Assembly: GCA_046483985.1 (NCBI GenBank)
Contig: JAWOCD010000005.1
Span: forward strand, 1 to 64,000
Reading direction: 5' to 3'
DNA from: Promethearchaeia archaeon
GTDB taxonomy: Archaea; Asgardarchaeota; Lokiarchaeia; Sigyniarchaeales; SOKP01
Length of the DNA stretch: 64,000 bases
Below are positions 38,551 through 49,083 of the stretch, one piece after another. Under the pieces are notes generated by a model. It saw only the letters and a program-made list of their open reading frames with translations. It did no database searches and had not been told where the DNA came from. How positions within the stretch are numbered: position 1 is the stretch's first letter; each line of letters opens with the position of its first letter. Both the position numbers and the translations under genes were made by a program.

Positions 38551-39396
38551 ATGTCCCTCATAAATTTTCATAATTTCTCGTTCCGATACAAGGGAAACAC
38601 CGATTATGCGATTAAAGATATTAATATCGAAATAGAAAAAAATAAATTCATTTTACTTTGCGGAGAGACTGGCTCCGGAAAAACGACTTTAATTCGCACT
38701 TTAAATGGTTTGATTCCTCAATTTTATGCGGGATATTATAAAGGCTTTGTAGAAGTTAATGGTCAAAATACAGAAGAGATATCTATCGCTGATTTATCAA
38801 CAGAAGTGGGCATAGTTTTTCAGAACCCAGAGAATCAATTAATCGCTATGAATGTGGAACACGAAATCGTGTTTGGGTTAGAAAATTTGGGATTTCCTTC
38901 TGATGAGATTTCAAGACGCCTCAAAAAGAGCGTAAGAATTACGCAAATAGAACACCTTTTAGATAAACCTCCATTTGAGTTAAGCGGAGGGGAGCAACAA
39001 AGAGTGGCCATTGCCTCGATTATCGCCTTAGATCCAGATATTCTGGTATTAGATGAACCCACTTCTCTTTTGGATCCTTTTATGGCAAAAAGAATTTTAG
39101 AATTATTAAATGAAATTCAAAAAAAAAGAGATATGACGGTAATCATAAGCGAACATAGAATGGATTTAGTCCTACCCTTTGTGGATGAAATCATATTGAT
39201 GAAGAAGGGTCGGGTATTTGACCAAGGTGAAGCCCATAAGATAATAAACGGAGATAAATTTCAGCGGGTAAAAATCAATCAACCCAGCATATATAGGGTT
39301 TTTAAAAATCTTAAAGAGAAAGGGCTTTATGCAGATAAACTCCCCAGTTCAATTCCAGAGGCGATAAAGTCTCTTAAACAAAACACACCGATATAA
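38551..39396 (+). CDS. ecfA: ECF transporter ATPase component A
   Basis: GETGSGKTT, FQNPENQ, LSGGEQQR, LDEPT. Confidence 0.92.
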   Translation: MSLINFHNFSFRYKGNTDYAIKDINIEIEKNKFILLCGETGSGKTTLIRTLNGLIPQFYAGYYKGFVEVNGQNTEEISIADLSTEVGIVFQNPENQLIAMNVEHEIVFGLENLGFPSDEISRRLKKSVRITQIEHLLDKPPFELSGGEQQRVAIASIIALDPDILVLDEPTSLLDPFMAKRILELLNEIQKKRDMTVIISEHRMDLVLPFVDEIILMKKGRVFDQGEAHKIINGDKFQRVKINQPSIYRVFKNLKEKGLYADKLPSSIPEAIKSLKQNTPI

Positions 39397-39401
39397 ATGA
39401 G

Positions 39402-40265
39402 TTGCAGAATTTGACAGATAACATGAAAAAAAATCACCCGTTAATCACCATTAATAAAGTTTCATATTCATATACCGAACAAAATAAAGCCTTAGATAAT
39501 ATTAATGTAAATATTTATGCGGGAGAGATTATGGGAATCATGGGGCAGAATGGCGCTGGAAAAACCACCCTTATCAGAACTCTCAATGGTTTAATAAGAC
39601 CTTCTAACGGAGATGTGTTTATTGACGGAAAAAACATAGAATTACAAACAATTGCTCAGTTGTCGGCAAAAGTTGGAATTATTTTCCAGAATCCCTCTCT
39701 TCAATTATTTTCAAACACTGTTGAGGATGAAATTAAATTTTCTCTAAAAAATCTTGAATTAGATCAACAAAAATTAGAGGATAAAACAGAATATTATTTA
39801 GATTTATTCGATCTCAAACAATATAGAACTCGTTCTCCCTTAAATTTATCGGGAGGAGAAACAAAGAAATTAGCAACCGCTACGATATTATGCAGAGATC
39901 CGGATATTTTAGTTTTTGATGAACCAACCCTGGGACAAGATGCAAAGGAAATTGAATTTTTTGTTAATTTAATTACGGAACAAAAAGAACTTGGAAAGAC
40001 CATCATTATCGTAACCCATAATATCGAATTTGCCGTTGAATATATTCCCAGAACAATACTCATGGCGGACGGAAAAATCCTTGCCGACGGGCCTACTAAA
40101 AAAATATTAACCAATAAAGACCTCATTAAAAAATCTTCCTTAATATTACCACAAATATATAAATTCTGTTTGGAATTAAGGAAACACGGGATCCATTGTC
40201 CTGATGATATTTTGCTCAAGGAGGATATGGTTCATTTCTTATCAGAATATTTAAAAAAACAATAA
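39402..40265 (+). CDS. ecfA: ECF transporter ATPase component A'
   Basis: GQNGAGKTT, FQNP..QLF, LSGGE, FDEPTLGQD. Confidence 0.92.
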   Translation: MQNLTDNMKKNHPLITINKVSYSYTEQNKALDNINVNIYAGEIMGIMGQNGAGKTTLIRTLNGLIRPSNGDVFIDGKNIELQTIAQLSAKVGIIFQNPSLQLFSNTVEDEIKFSLKNLELDQQKLEDKTEYYLDLFDLKQYRTRSPLNLSGGETKKLATATILCRDPDILVFDEPTLGQDAKEIEFFVNLITEQKELGKTIIIVTHNIEFAVEYIPRTILMADGKILADGPTKKILTNKDLIKKSSLILPQIYKFCLELRKHGIHCPDDILLKEDMVHFLSEYLKKQ

Positions 40266-40320
40266 ATTCAAAATCTATTATATATTAAATTTATAAAAAC
40301 AAATACAGACAACTGATTTC

Positions 40321-41088
40321 ATGTCTTTGGATTTTTTTAACGCTTTCCAATTTTTTGAAAAAGATACCATAATTCATCGTTTAGATCCAAGGACTAAACT
40401 TATACTTTCTATTATTTATTCAATTTCCGCTCTTTTATATGTTAATCTTATACCGCTCCTCCTTCTCTTGTTATCCCTCTTACCGTTCATCTTCTTTGGA
40501 AAAATCTTTAAACAATGGTTTAAAAGCATACGGGGTCTTTCCTTTCTATATCTGATTATTTTAATTTTGAATACATTTTTTCTTTCATTTTCTATGGCAA
40601 TAGCGATGATTATACGTATTACAATTATGATCTCTGCCTTTTCCATCTTTTTTCTTACTGTTCATCCTAATGATTTGGCCCTTTCCCTTATTTCTATGGG
40701 GATGCCTTACGAGTTTGCTTTTTCTTTCTCTTTATCTTTCCGGTTTGTTCCAACAATAGCCCGAGAGACCCAAAATATAATGGATGCACAGCAAAGCAGA
40801 GGTTATGAAATGCAGAAAAAAGGCCTTATCAATCAAATAAAAAATCTCTTTCCTCTTTTAATTCCATTAATAGTCTGCTCTATTAAACGTGCTTTTAAGG
40901 TTGCTGAAGCATTAGAATCAAGGTCTTTTGGAAGTCAAAAAGAAAGAACTTTTTATTATAGAATCGATTTTACCACAAAGGATTGGGTATTAACCTTTTA
41001 CCTTTTGGCTTTAATTTCGATTTTAATCTATCTTAAAATTCAATTCTCAATTATGCCTGGTTGGTTTCAATGGAGTTTACCAATATGA
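40321..41088 (+). CDS. ecfT: ECF transporter transmembrane component T
   Basis: HRLDPRTK, RFVPT, AQQSRG, ALESR motifs. Confidence 0.93.
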   Translation: MSLDFFNAFQFFEKDTIIHRLDPRTKLILSIIYSISALLYVNLIPLLLLLLSLLPFIFFGKIFKQWFKSIRGLSFLYLIILILNTFFLSFSMAIAMIIRITIMISAFSIFFLTVHPNDLALSLISMGMPYEFAFSFSLSFRFVPTIARETQNIMDAQQSRGYEMQKKGLINQIKNLFPLLIPLIVCSIKRAFKVAEALESRSFGSQKERTFYYRIDFTTKDWVLTFYLLALISILIYLKIQFSIMPGWFQWSLPI

Positions 41089-41780
41089 TTACTCGTCAGT
41101 TCACTATCGATATAAATAGTACTCAATTATCTTATTATGTAGGGATGGATCAATTCATTCTAAAATATGATGAATTTCTTATTGAAAATAATATTAAAAA
41201 TGAGGATAAAACATTACAGGTTTTAATTAATAAAATTTCTCAAATTCAAAATGGATTTGCTGGAAGTTCTATTCAATTACTGGACAATAATTATCTATTA
41301 AATGCGCGTCACCTTTTTTTAGGAGCTTATTTTATGCAAAAAGCTTTTCAATACGGCATTAATATTTCTAACAAACGAAATATTGAATTGTTGTTATATT
41401 TAACAGCTCGAAGACAGATAAAACGCGCTTTAAATACATTTGGATTAAAAATTTCCGAACTTAATAAAGGTTCTCTTACCTTTTGTATTATCTCACCCAA
41501 GAATAACCTAGGGGAAATAAAGAACCAAATTTTAAGCCAAATTTCAACTAAGTCTATAAAAAGATTAAATATAAATGATTTGAGTGTAAAAAAGTTGGAA
41601 GGGATCAGGAACTTTTTTAAGATAACTAACCAACAGATTCAAGTTCTCTTTAGAGCTTATAATCATGAATTTAGCGGACTTCGGGAAGAGGGAAGTTTAC
41701 AAAAGTACGCTAAGGTCTTAGGTGATCTTATTGCTGAAAAAATGGCAAAACTGAGTCTCGAAAAGGTAAATCTCTCTTAA
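41085..41780 (+). CDS. cgi121: KEOPS complex subunit Cgi121-like
   Basis: HL..GAY...KAF, ELLLYLTARRQIKRALNTFG, EKMA; ATG 41085 overlaps the ecfT stop (ATGA). Confidence 0.85.
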   Translation: MITRQFTIDINSTQLSYYVGMDQFILKYDEFLIENNIKNEDKTLQVLINKISQIQNGFAGSSIQLLDNNYLLNARHLFLGAYFMQKAFQYGINISNKRNIELLLYLTARRQIKRALNTFGLKISELNKGSLTFCIISPKNNLGEIKNQILSQISTKSIKRLNINDLSVKKLEGIRNFFKITNQQIQVLFRAYNHEFSGLREEGSLQKYAKVLGDLIAEKMAKLSLEKVNLS

Positions 41781-41782
41781 GG

Positions 41783-42301
41783 TTATTGGGAATTTACCCG
41801 TAAGATTTCATTCTTATCTAAATAGGAAATGCCACAATATTTACCTAATATTTCAAACCGGACTATAATATCTGGCTCTTCTAAATCAACGGGGTTATCA
41901 AAATTTAACGCAATATTGTCAATAAATTCATCCCTTTCAATTATTTTACTGTCTCGCCGTATGAGTCTAATTCGGAATTTATCTGTTTTATTAATGTGAT
42001 CATTTTTAGTTCTTTTTATAAATTCATCAATAATTTCTGGATCCGTTTTACACACGTAATCAATAGGTACAACTTTTAAAATATATTGAAAGAAATCTGG
42101 GTCCTCCTCAAGGAGGTTATGTAATTTTCGAACTACAACGTGACAATCAAGAACACTATATCCTGTAATTAATCCTGGAAACTTGAAATCGGAGATTAAT
42201 GGATATTTGTCTCCATACATAAGTAATATAAACCATAACTCCGCTTTGCAATTTGCTTCATTATAGCGAGAAGTGGAGACTAAGAAATTAAAATTATTCA
42301 T
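41783..42301 (-). CDS. THUMP domain protein (Tan1-like)
   Basis: LKVVPID, KFRIRLIRR, VDLEEPDIIVRFEILGKYCGIS. Confidence 0.88.
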   Translation of the reverse strand: MNNFNFLVSTSRYNEANCKAELWFILLMYGDKYPLISDFKFPGLITGYSVLDCHVVVRKLHNLLEEDPDFFQYILKVVPIDYVCKTDPEIIDEFIKRTKNDHINKTDKFRIRLIRRDSKIIERDEFIDNIALNFDNPVDLEEPDIIVRFEILGKYCGISYLDKNEILRVNSQ

Positions 42302-42325
42302 TATGGAGACCCTCTTTAAATTTAG

Positions 42326-42988
42326 TTATTCTATTGCTTTCTCTAAATCTTCCCTAGAAATTTTTCCTTTTCTTAAAATGTTAATTTCCCCCTCGGTGCA
42401 ATCAACAATAGTGGTAGCGATACCTGATTTGGTTTTTCCAGAATTTAAAATATAATATATCATTCGCGAAAATATTTTTGCCACTTGGGTACCCGAAGTA
42501 TAAGGAGGTTCTTCCGAAAAATTTGCAGAAGTTTCAATTATGCCCCCAAATTTTCCTTTTTTTTTCAAATAGTTTAAAATTGAAAGAACAACTGGATTTT
42601 TAGGGACTCTAAGTCCAATGGTATTACGATTTCCAGTAACTTGCGGTGGAATAAACGAGGATTCTCGCTGTTTCACAATTAAAGTTAGTTCTCCGGGCCA
42701 AAATCTCTGAGATAATTTCTCCGCTAAATTATTGAATTCCGCTATTTTCTTTGCCTCTTCTATATCAGCAACTAAAAGAGGAAATCCTTTCGATCTATCC
42801 CGCATTTTAATACTGTAGAGACGTTCGCAAACATCTAAATTCCTTGGATCTCCTCCTAACCCATATACAGAATTAGTGGGAAAAGCGATTAATTTTCCCT
42901 CAATTATATGATCTGCGGCAATTTCAAAGTACATTCTTTCTTTTTCGAAATTCTCTTTTGTTCCAGTAACTTTGACTACAAAACCCAT
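42326..42988 (-). CDS. tsaC: L-threonylcarbamoyladenylate synthase (YrdC/TsaC domain only)
   Basis: AFPTNSVYGLG, KMR, FWPGELT, GLRVP, TSANFS; no Sua5 C-terminal domain. Confidence 0.9.
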   Translation of the reverse strand: MGFVVKVTGTKENFEKERMYFEIAADHIIEGKLIAFPTNSVYGLGGDPRNLDVCERLYSIKMRDRSKGFPLLVADIEEAKKIAEFNNLAEKLSQRFWPGELTLIVKQRESSFIPPQVTGNRNTIGLRVPKNPVVLSILNYLKKKGKFGGIIETSANFSEEPPYTSGTQVAKIFSRMIYYILNSGKTKSGIATTIVDCTEGEINILRKGKISREDLEKAIE

Positions 42989-43249
42989 CTTTTTCTTATC
43001 ACTTCTGACTTTGTTGGAAAATATGAATAAGATTTGTTATATCTCTCATAGAGATTATAGTTTTGAATTTAATAAACCTATAGGTATGGAATAAATAATG
43101 GGAAAAAAAATCACGCCATTTTAATTTAAGAATTTAATAAACCGTTGGAAAATTCTAAAATATAATGATTCAAAATTAAAATTTTAAATTTAATAAAATT
43201 AAATTAATATTAAATAAAATTATAATCATTTAATAAATTTGATTCGAAA

Positions 43250-44464
43250 ATGAGCATTGAATTCGAAGAATATGAAGATCCACTAGCGAGAGTAGGAGCA
43301 TTTATCCTTCTTCTTGCTTCTGCGCTTATCATAGTATATGGAGCCATTGGAAGCACCATTATCTCAGGAGGTACCGCCTTTGATGCTTCTGAATTATCTG
43401 TTGGTTATACATTTATGGTCATATTTCTTTTAGGCCTTTTAAATGCCTTACTCGCTTTATTTTCATTTATTCGTCCATGGATTAATAGAAAAATAAACGT
43501 ATTTATTGCCGCTGTTGTTGCCTTGGTCACAAATAATGCGATGATATTGATGATCCCAGGGGGTCAAATCACAAGTACCGCAGCTTTAATATTGAATATT
43601 TTTGTGTGGATTGGCATCGGTGCAGTCTTTTTAATTTTTATTGCGAAACGCCCCAATCTCGGAAAGGAGAGTGACAAACATATCTACCAAGCCTATGGCG
43701 GTTTTATAGATATTATTGTAGGCATTTTCATGGTATTATTAGGTCTATATGTATATTATATAGACATAAGTCAATTTGCGGGAAGCGGGACTTTTCCGGG
43801 GGGATTAGAAGCGTTCAGTGATGCATATATTGAAGAATATAGTACGATTGAATACACCTATGAATCTATCAGAGAATCTGGATTAATTATGCTAATTGGG
43901 GGGTTGATTATTATTGGTGCTGCTGCTATTAGGAATTATATCACTCTTACATTGGCTTCTGGAGTCATTATCGCAGGAATTATAACGTCATTGGTTGGTC
44001 TAATTTTGTTTTTTCAAAACTGGCAAGAACTCGATTCGCTTTTAAGAGAGAATTATCCTGACCAGTATTTTGCTCAGTTAATTTTAAGTGATCCGATCGT
44101 ACTCAGTCTCGGGGCTGTTCTAATGCTATATCTTTTCCTTGGAGTGGTTATGATTATTTATGCTTCATCCCAGAGCCAGCCCTTAGAGAAATGGAAGACT
44201 AAAAGAAATCATAATCTTGCTGCCGCCGAGGTAGCCATCCGAGATCAAAAATTGAATAAGGCTATAGACTATTTAGAAACTGCAGCGAAGTGGTCTTCTA
44301 AATTGGGTGAAGAAGATAAAGCCGTAGAATTGATTACGCGGATAAATAACATTAAAGAAAAAGCCATTAAGATGAGAAAGGCAGAAGCGGCGGAGAAAAA
44401 GAAGAAGGAGCTACAGAAGGCGAAGGAAAAAGCTGAGGAAAAGGCCCCATCCGTGAAAAAGTAA
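43250..44464 (+). CDS. Polytopic membrane protein with C-terminal TPR/MIT-like hairpin and charged tail
   Basis: About 8 TM segments, then AAAEVAIRDQKLNKAIDYLETAAKWSSKLGEEDKA. Confidence 0.75.
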   Translation: MSIEFEEYEDPLARVGAFILLLASALIIVYGAIGSTIISGGTAFDASELSVGYTFMVIFLLGLLNALLALFSFIRPWINRKINVFIAAVVALVTNNAMILMIPGGQITSTAALILNIFVWIGIGAVFLIFIAKRPNLGKESDKHIYQAYGGFIDIIVGIFMVLLGLYVYYIDISQFAGSGTFPGGLEAFSDAYIEEYSTIEYTYESIRESGLIMLIGGLIIIGAAAIRNYITLTLASGVIIAGIITSLVGLILFFQNWQELDSLLRENYPDQYFAQLILSDPIVLSLGAVLMLYLFLGVVMIIYASSQSQPLEKWKTKRNHNLAAAEVAIRDQKLNKAIDYLETAAKWSSKLGEEDKAVELITRINNIKEKAIKMRKAEAAEKKKKELQKAKEKAEEKAPSVKK

Positions 44465-44846
44465 TTAGAAATCTAAAGATTTTTTATTTCCCTTTTTTTA
44501 TTAAAAGAACTTCGGCTATAAATTAATTTCTGATTTCTGAAAAGAAAAATGATTAATTGTTATATTTTTTCTATGATCAAACTGTAACTTCTTCATCTAA
44601 AAACCATTCGAACTCCCCCCGAAAATTGTGTCTTCAACTGACCCAGTAGAATCTCTTTCTTAAGGAGATTTTTCCCAGATTCAAAGGGTTTTTTAAACTT
44701 CTTGTTATAATAATGGTGCGAATAGCCGTGTTTACCTTTTTAGAGAACGAAGGAAAAGGAGTGATTTTATTTTTATCTTCTTACAAAAAATATAACACTT
44801 AGTCAAAAAATAAAAGAATAAAGAAATTTGAATAAAAGAATTAAAA

Positions 44847-45809
44847 TTAGTTCTGTTTACCCTTGTTTTGGGATTTCAATTTTGCTTTAATTTGTTTCCA
44901 CTTATTATCTATTTGATTTTCAAGTTTAATTAAATCCTCTTCGCTGATACCCGAAAATCGCTTTTGTTTAGAAATATATTTGCCAAAAGGCTCTCTTTTC
45001 TTTGGATCCAAGAGGCGTTTACTTTTTTTAGATAATTTGAGGATTCCATTTTCTATTTCGTAAAGTGGCCAAAATCCAGTCCTTACCGCCAATCGTGCGA
45101 TCTCCACAGTTTCATCTGAAGCGTATCCCCAACCGGGAGGGCAAGGTGCCAAGATATGAATATATTTACATCCTTCTATTGATTTTGCTTTTTTGAACTT
45201 TTCATAAATATCTAAAGGCTCGCTAACACTACAAGTAGCTACATAAGGAATGTCGTGTGCTGCCATTATCCGAGGCACATCTTTTTTATATCTCTGCTTT
45301 CCAAATGGTGTTGTTGTCGTTTTTGCTCCATGAGGTGTGCTTGAGGATCGCTGAATACCAGTATTCATATAAGCTTCATTATCATAGCAAACATATATTA
45401 TATTTGAATTACGCTCGGCCGCTCCACTTAGCCCTTGAATCCCGATGTCCGTAGTACCTCCATCTCCAGCAAAAACTAAAGCAGTCATATCATCCCATTT
45501 TCCCTCTGGAAACTTCTTAGCTTTGGCTTTAAAAGCAGCATCAAGTCCGCTCGCGGCAGCCGCTCCTGCGGCAAATGCCATGTTGACAAAAGGAAAATCT
45601 GGTGCTGTTTTAGGCCATAAACCAATAACTACATTTAAACAAGATGCAGGGGTAACCAGAGCTGTTTTAGGTCCCAAAGCTTTCATTGCCCATCGAAGTG
45701 CGATTTCAAGTCCACATCCCGCACAGCATGAATTACCGGGCAGGAACCATTCCTTGCAAGCTATATCATCTTTCATTACTTTTTTTAGAGATGCCATTTT
45801 ATTGCTCAT
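44847..45809 (-). CDS. porB: Pyruvate/2-oxoacid:ferredoxin oxidoreductase beta subunit
   Basis: CAGCG, AGDGGTTDIG, YDNEAYMNTGIQRS, APCPPGW. Confidence 0.93.
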   Translation of the reverse strand: MSNKMASLKKVMKDDIACKEWFLPGNSCCAGCGLEIALRWAMKALGPKTALVTPASCLNVVIGLWPKTAPDFPFVNMAFAAGAAAASGLDAAFKAKAKKFPEGKWDDMTALVFAGDGGTTDIGIQGLSGAAERNSNIIYVCYDNEAYMNTGIQRSSSTPHGAKTTTTPFGKQRYKKDVPRIMAAHDIPYVATCSVSEPLDIYEKFKKAKSIEGCKYIHILAPCPPGWGYASDETVEIARLAVRTGFWPLYEIENGILKLSKKSKRLLDPKKREPFGKYISKQKRFSGISEEDLIKLENQIDNKWKQIKAKLKSQNKGKQN

Positions 45810-47076
45810 CCTCCATAGTTAATTTTCCATGCCACAAAGTTCCGTGTAATAAATCTTGGGGATACTTTCCCTCTTCGTGTATTTTCATCAATAATTTAAG
45901 TTGTTCCTTCTGTTGTTCTAAGGTCACTTCTCGTCCTCCTATACCAGCAATAATGGGAAGCACTTCACAATTTTTCTCTTCTCCTTGTAAAACCGTCTTC
46001 ACTTCTGAGCTGACTGGACCCCCAGTTGGTGAACCAAATGAACATGCTCTATCAATCACACCAAGAACTTTGACCTTATCTGCTATCTCCAAAACCTCTT
46101 CGCTGGGAAAAGGTCTAAAATATCGTAACTTCGTCATTCCTACTTTATAACCGTTTTCTCTTAAATCGTCAATGGCTTGTTCCATCTGAAGAGCCAGATC
46201 TCCGTATATTATTACTCCGACCTCCGCGTCATCCATTTTGTAATTTCTTACTAATCCGTTTCCATAATCTCTTCCAAATTTTTGCTTGAATTCTTTTGCA
46301 ACCTCTCTGATTTTATCCTTAGCACGATTTTGTGCATTATGGATTTTCATCCGAAATTCCGAATAAAAACCTGAGGGCATTATGAGATTTCCGTGCATGA
46401 TCGGCCGATCTGGGTCAATCCAAATATGTGGCCATCCTTTTTCATCCGGTAAGGGAGGCAAAAACTCGTCTACTTTCTCTTGATCTTCTATTTTTACTGG
46501 TTTTGAGGTGTGAGATAAGATAAACCCCCCATATGCCACAAACTTGGGCAACAATACTTCGGGGTCTTCACAAACTTTATATGACATAAGTATTTCATCA
46601 TATATCTCTTGATGAGTTGCACAAAATGCGCTCATCCATCCAGTATCTCTGGTATTAATGACATCCGAAAAATCTGCCCAAATATTCCAAGGGGGTGCAG
46701 TTCCCCTTGAAGCAATAGCCGTTACAATGGGAAGTCGAGTTCCGGCAGCCCAATGAACCATCTCGTTCATATAAAAAAGCCCTTGTCCAGAGGTAGCAGT
46801 AAAAGTACGAGTTCCGGCGAGGCTTGCTCCAACGATTGATGCCATGACACTATGTTCCGATTCCATTTTTAAATAAACTGTATCAGGCATTAAACCTCCA
46901 TCCACGAATTGAGATAATTTTTCAACAACGGTGGTTTGTGGAGTGATTGGATATGCACTAATTACTTGAACACGGGCTGACTTTGCAGCATAGGCTGCAG
47001 ATAAATTTCCTTTGATTATCTTTGTCTCTTTTTTTTGGGTTATATCTTTTTTCTCTGCTTTATTCATTATTTTCAC
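45799..47076 (-). CDS. porA: Pyruvate/2-oxoacid:ferredoxin oxidoreductase alpha subunit
   Basis: AYPITPQT, ESEHS, TATSGQGL, RPFP, GIGGR. Confidence 0.94.
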   Translation of the reverse strand: MKIMNKAEKKDITQKKETKIIKGNLSAAYAAKSARVQVISAYPITPQTTVVEKLSQFVDGGLMPDTVYLKMESEHSVMASIVGASLAGTRTFTATSGQGLFYMNEMVHWAAGTRLPIVTAIASRGTAPPWNIWADFSDVINTRDTGWMSAFCATHQEIYDEILMSYKVCEDPEVLLPKFVAYGGFILSHTSKPVKIEDQEKVDEFLPPLPDEKGWPHIWIDPDRPIMHGNLIMPSGFYSEFRMKIHNAQNRAKDKIREVAKEFKQKFGRDYGNGLVRNYKMDDAEVGVIIYGDLALQMEQAIDDLRENGYKVGMTKLRYFRPFPSEEVLEIADKVKVLGVIDRACSFGSPTGGPVSSEVKTVLQGEEKNCEVLPIIAGIGGREVTLEQQKEQLKLLMKIHEEGKYPQDLLHGTLWHGKLTMEDEQ

Positions 47077-47419
47077 TCTCTCTAATCATTTCAATATTAT
47101 CAGTCGGACATTCTTTTGCACATATTCCGCATCCTTTACAATATTCGAGGTTAATTTTAAAACTTCCGTCCTCTTTCCGCTCAATAGTACCTTCTGGACA
47201 ATACATCCAACAAATACCGCATTGAGTACAATCTTCTTGATCAATAACGGGTCTGAACGTTCTCCAATTTCCTGTTCGACCGATTGACCCACGATTCGGA
47301 ATAGAAATAGGAATAGGGGGTAATTCTTTCCAATTTTTATACTTTTGTACTTTTGGACGCTCCTCTCGAGATTTATTTATTGCTTTCCATTTTTTAGAAT
47401 CGTTTTCTGAATCTGACAT
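47060..47419 (-). CDS. porD: 2-oxoacid:ferredoxin oxidoreductase delta subunit (2x[4Fe-4S])
   Basis: TGNWRTFRP, CTQCGICWMYCP, YCKGCGICAKECP. Confidence 0.94.
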   Translation of the reverse strand: MSDSENDSKKWKAINKSREERPKVQKYKNWKELPPIPISIPNRGSIGRTGNWRTFRPVIDQEDCTQCGICWMYCPEGTIERKEDGSFKINLEYCKGCGICAKECPTDNIEMIRESENNE

Positions 47420-47420
47420 T

Positions 47421-47999
47421 TTATTTCATTTCCTCCACGGATTTAAATGCCTCTTCCGCTACTTTAATGTTTAATTTTGCTTTTTTTTCTCCAAATTCTT
47501 CATTAAGTACCTTTTCCATGACCTTTAAATCATAATATCCTGTAATTTCTCCAAATGCACCAAGCATTGGAATATTAAGAATGGGCCCGCTGGAATGCAT
47601 AAAATTATGCTCGATACAAATTCCCGTTGCGTCGATAAGATAGATGTTGATATTTTTAGGTAAATTTTTTGTATTTATTGGAGTATCGCTATTAACTATT
47701 AATGTGACACCCTCCTTAATGGTATTGTACACTTTAGGAATCTCGAGTAAGGACGTATCAAATATAAATATGTAATCTGGGTTTTTTACGCTGTCGTAAT
47801 TTTTTATAATCTTATCTTTAGAAATCCTTGTAAAGGCTTTAATTGGTGCCCCTCGTCTTTCCGCGCCAATAATGGGGATTGCGATAGTATCTTTAAAACC
47901 AGTTTCGAAAGCAAACTGGGCTAGCAACTTACTTGCCGTAATTGCAGTTTGACCTCCTCGACCGTGAAAAGTGACTTCAATTATTCCATTTTCCATCAA
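47421..47999 (-). CDS. porG: 2-oxoacid:ferredoxin oxidoreductase gamma subunit
   Basis: HGRGGQ, GAERRGAP, NIPMLGA. Confidence 0.93.
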   Translation of the reverse strand: MMENGIIEVTFHGRGGQTAITASKLLAQFAFETGFKDTIAIPIIGAERRGAPIKAFTRISKDKIIKNYDSVKNPDYIFIFDTSLLEIPKVYNTIKEGVTLIVNSDTPINTKNLPKNINIYLIDATGICIEHNFMHSSGPILNIPMLGAFGEITGYYDLKVMEKVLNEEFGEKKAKLNIKVAEEAFKSVEEMK

Positions 48000-48114
48000 T
48001 TTTGTTCCAACTTCTCTTAGTTTCTATTTTTGATTAATAATTTATATACTATACCAATACGACCATAAAACCCCGAGAATGAGATTTTATTATCGTATTA
48101 TAAAATTACTACTA

Positions 48115-48219
48115 CTCGTAAGAATACGAGAATAATAGCTAACAATAATATATTTGTAGAAAGTGAAGATAATAAAATATTCTTTAGGTTATACATTTTT
48201 CCACCAATATATTATTGTT
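48115..48219. promoter_or_regulatory. Palindrome and 14-bp inverted repeat in the divergent por/zpr1 promoter region
   Basis: ctcgta-agaa-tacgag at 48115-48130; aacaataatatatt at 48141-48154 with reverse complement aatatattattgtt at 48206-48219. Confidence 0.45.
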
Positions 48220-48396
48220 GTTTTAATAATGTAAAGATATAATTTAATATTCTTAAAACTTTTTTATTTTAAAAATTTTATCATTATTATAGCATTTTTT
48301 TGTTATTGGGTTTTTTGTGTTCCCTTATTCCTCAAATACCTCAATAAGAGAATTTATATACTGAAATAACTGTTTTGCTATATACGAGTAAAGAAA

Positions 48397-48969
48397 ATGT
48401 CAAAAAAAGCAGAAAAAACGAAAGAAGAATATAGTTTTACGTGTCCTGTCTGTAAAAAAGGAACAGTTTCAATTGAAAAGACCTTGTATCAATTACCAGA
48501 TGAAGATCAAATGCTTATCATTAACTTTGAATGTGATACTTGTACTTTTCATGAGAATGACATTATCCCCATGACCACCCGAACTGAACCGGGATTAAGT
48601 ATATTAAAAGTAACATCGAAAGAAGATTTAGAATCGAAAGTTTATCGCTCGCCGACTGGTAAATTAGAGATTCCAGAACTCGAAATTCTCGTAGAACCAG
48701 GTCCCGCATCCCAATTTTATTTTACAAATATTGAGGGGGTATTAAACAAGTTTGAACGGGCGGTTTTAATCCACAAAAATGATCTCTATGATCAAGATCC
48801 TGAAGGAGAGGATTTTAAAGCTGTTTTGAAAATTTTAGATGATCTCGAAAAAGCTAAGAAGGGAGAATTTGATTTTACCCTAAAAATTGAGGATCGTGGG
48901 GGAGGAAGTTATATCGTTCCTACAGATAAATCTAAATTCTCCTTCAAGAAGATTGAATCAAAAGAATAA
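48397..48969 (+). CDS. ZPR1 zinc finger protein
   Basis: CPVC...CDTC, IPELEILVEPGP, TNIEGVL, FTLKIEDRGGGSYI. Confidence 0.92.
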   Translation: MSKKAEKTKEEYSFTCPVCKKGTVSIEKTLYQLPDEDQMLIINFECDTCTFHENDIIPMTTRTEPGLSILKVTSKEDLESKVYRSPTGKLEIPELEILVEPGPASQFYFTNIEGVLNKFERAVLIHKNDLYDQDPEGEDFKAVLKILDDLEKAKKGEFDFTLKIEDRGGGSYIVPTDKSKFSFKKIESKE

Positions 48970-49083
48970 GACACATAACCATTTATTTTTATAATATTTA
49001 CCGTCTCAATTAATTCAGAGTTGATATTATATTGTATAATTGATTATATTGAATTATACTTTAAATAATAGAAAAAAAGGAGT

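Noticed and set aside
44570-44760. Coding-like minus-strand stretch downstream of porB
   Set aside because: No start codon context or recognisable motif; cannot be supported as a gene or pseudogene without a search
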